Assembly (NCBI GenBank): GCA_003577365.1 | Contig: QEUY01000001.1 | Location: 1 to 25,365, forward strand | Source: Chloroflexota bacterium | GTDB lineage: Bacteria > Chloroflexota > Anaerolineae > Caldilineales > Caldilineaceae | DNA length: 25,365 nt | Direction: 5' to 3' | In this document: positions 24,214-25,365 of the stretch, piece after piece | How the letters are laid out: every line of letters begins with the position of its first letter | Position numbering within the stretch: position 1 is the stretch's first letter | The notes under the pieces: model-generated | The model's database searches: none | What the model saw: only the letters and a program-made list of their open reading frames with translations | Told to the model about the DNA's origin: nothing | Made by a program: the position numbers and the translations under genes

Positions 24214-25365
24214 CTACGGCCAGGCGAGCATCAGCGCGTCGCCGGCCAAGCGCGACCCCTGGTCGTCGACGGCGGGCAGACGCTCCCCGCTCTCTAACCG
24301 ATAGACGCCCACGGCGATCCGTTGCAGCGTATCCAGCGGTACGCCGCCGGGGGCCAAGGCACGGCGATCCTCGACGATCTGGCCGGCGCGCCAGGCATCC
24401 AGCGGATAACGGTTGGCATAGGGCGCGCCATCCACCTGCGCGATCAACTGTCCCGCGCCGTCGAGCAGATGGACAAAGATCGTCGTCCCTGCCTGGATCG
24501 GCGCAGCGGCGCGCCAGTAGAAAGTCACCGTCCCGGAACTGGGGTCGGGGCGCGCGCCCAGCAGTTCCAGGCTGTCGCCAAAGCGGGCCTGCGGCCCGGC
24601 GGGCGGGCGCGGGGGCCGGCGCGGCTCCACCCACACGCGGCCGATTTCACCTTCCGGCGCAGCGCCGGTCGCCGGCAGCCGCGCGCCGGTGCCCGCATCA
24701 TAGAAACCCACACGCAGCGCATACTGGATGGGGGGCGCATCGGCAGGCACAGCCAAGCGCAGTGGATTGCGCACATATTGCCCGGTCGCCCAAGCGGAAG
24801 TGGGGATGTCGCTGGGGTGCGTCTGATCGACCGTGGCGAGGGTCTCGCCGGCCACCGGGTCGTCCAGGTGCAGAAAGACGGCGTAGTCGGCGTCGAGCTT
24901 CTGCAGAGTGCGCCAGTAGGCAACCACCATGAGCGTCTCGCCAGGTGCGACCACGGGCGGAGCAGGGTCGATCCCCAACAAACGCAGTTGGCCGCCAAAG
25001 TCGGCCCGGCGCAGCTCTTGGGCGGGAAGCGCGCGGTCAGGGGGTGAATGGACCTGCCACCAATCGGGCAGCAGGCCGCGGGCCACCAACGCCAGCCCGA
25101 CCACTGCCGCCACGCCGAGCAGCGGCGCGACCTCGACATGCGGCTGCAGCGGGGGCCGCGGCGGCTGCGTGTGGCGCTGCGCGATCCAGATTAGGCTCAA
25201 GATGACCAGCCCGGCCCAGGTCACCGCCGACACCCAATCCAACGTGCGGCGCAAAGGCGTCTCGGCAAAGGTCAGCGTCAAGATCGACTCCCCCGCGGGC
25301 AAGTCCACATCCACCAGACCGGTGGCCGGGTGCGGGCGCACAGGCGTGGGGCGACCGTCGACCGC
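24214..25365 (-). CDS. 5'-truncated membrane protein: YfhO-like C-terminal motif, TM helices, then two related extracytoplasmic beta domains
   Basis: Frame is open to the window edge (AVDGRPTPVRP..TGLVDVDLPAGESILTLTF, a YfhO-type motif). Two repeats of FG..L.LLG...YWR....DY.VF.HL.D...P...W..G.....L....GxY, typical of Chloroflexota GT-C-associated proteins. Confidence 0.7.
   Translation of the reverse strand, partial: AVDGRPTPVRPHPATGLVDVDLPAGESILTLTFAETPLRRTLDWVSAVTWAGLVILSLIWIAQRHTQPPRPPLQPHVEVAPLLGVAAVVGLALVARGLLPDWWQVHSPPDRALPAQELRRADFGGQLRLLGIDPAPPVVAPGETLMVVAYWRTLQKLDADYAVFLHLDDPVAGETLATVDQTHPSDIPTSAWATGQYVRNPLRLAVPADAPPIQYALRVGFYDAGTGARLPATGAAPEGEIGRVWVEPRRPPRPPAGPQARFGDSLELLGARPDPSSGTVTFYWRAAAPIQAGTTIFVHLLDGAGQLIAQVDGAPYANRYPLDAWRAGQIVEDRRALAPGGVPLDTLQRIAVGVYRLESGERLPAVDDQGSRLAGDALMLAWP

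Overview
GC-rich bacterial chromosome segment, roughly two-thirds GC by eye. The gene repertoire suggests Chloroflexota (Caldilineae/Anaerolineae-like); this is inference. It holds about 22 ordinary protein genes, two of them cut by the window edges. A long minus-strand run encodes a family-5 ABC binding protein and two permeases, a UroD/MtaA-like enzyme, an acyl-CoA-dehydrogenase-fold flavoprotein, ComEA, a phasin and a lipoprotein. A plus-strand run encodes the methylmalonyl-CoA-mutase B12 domain, MeaB, PGM/PMM, TatD, a polyprenyl synthase, a GT2 and a Nudix hydrolase. After these come a tandem Lrp-ligand-domain protein, a large secreted beta-sandwich protein, a PEP-utiliser/RPH-like protein lacking its catalytic His, a DPM-like GT2 and a YfhO-like membrane protein. 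No tRNA, rRNA, CRISPR array or transposase was seen. Several families of REP-like palindromes fill the intergenic gaps. The most interesting region is the ~920-bp gap upstream of the ABC operon (10119-11039). It carries a near-perfect sigma70 promoter (TTGACA-17-TATACT) and a 55-codon ORF absent from the ORF track, with an SD, ending in GCCTCPCTCPCTKAR. The stop codon of that ORF lies in one arm of a 19-bp helix enclosing a ~200-nt multi-hairpin domain. This is the layout expected of a cysteine-sensing leader-peptide attenuator controlling a possible organosulfur uptake/catabolism operon. That reading is a hypothesis; folding and homolog searches could not be run.
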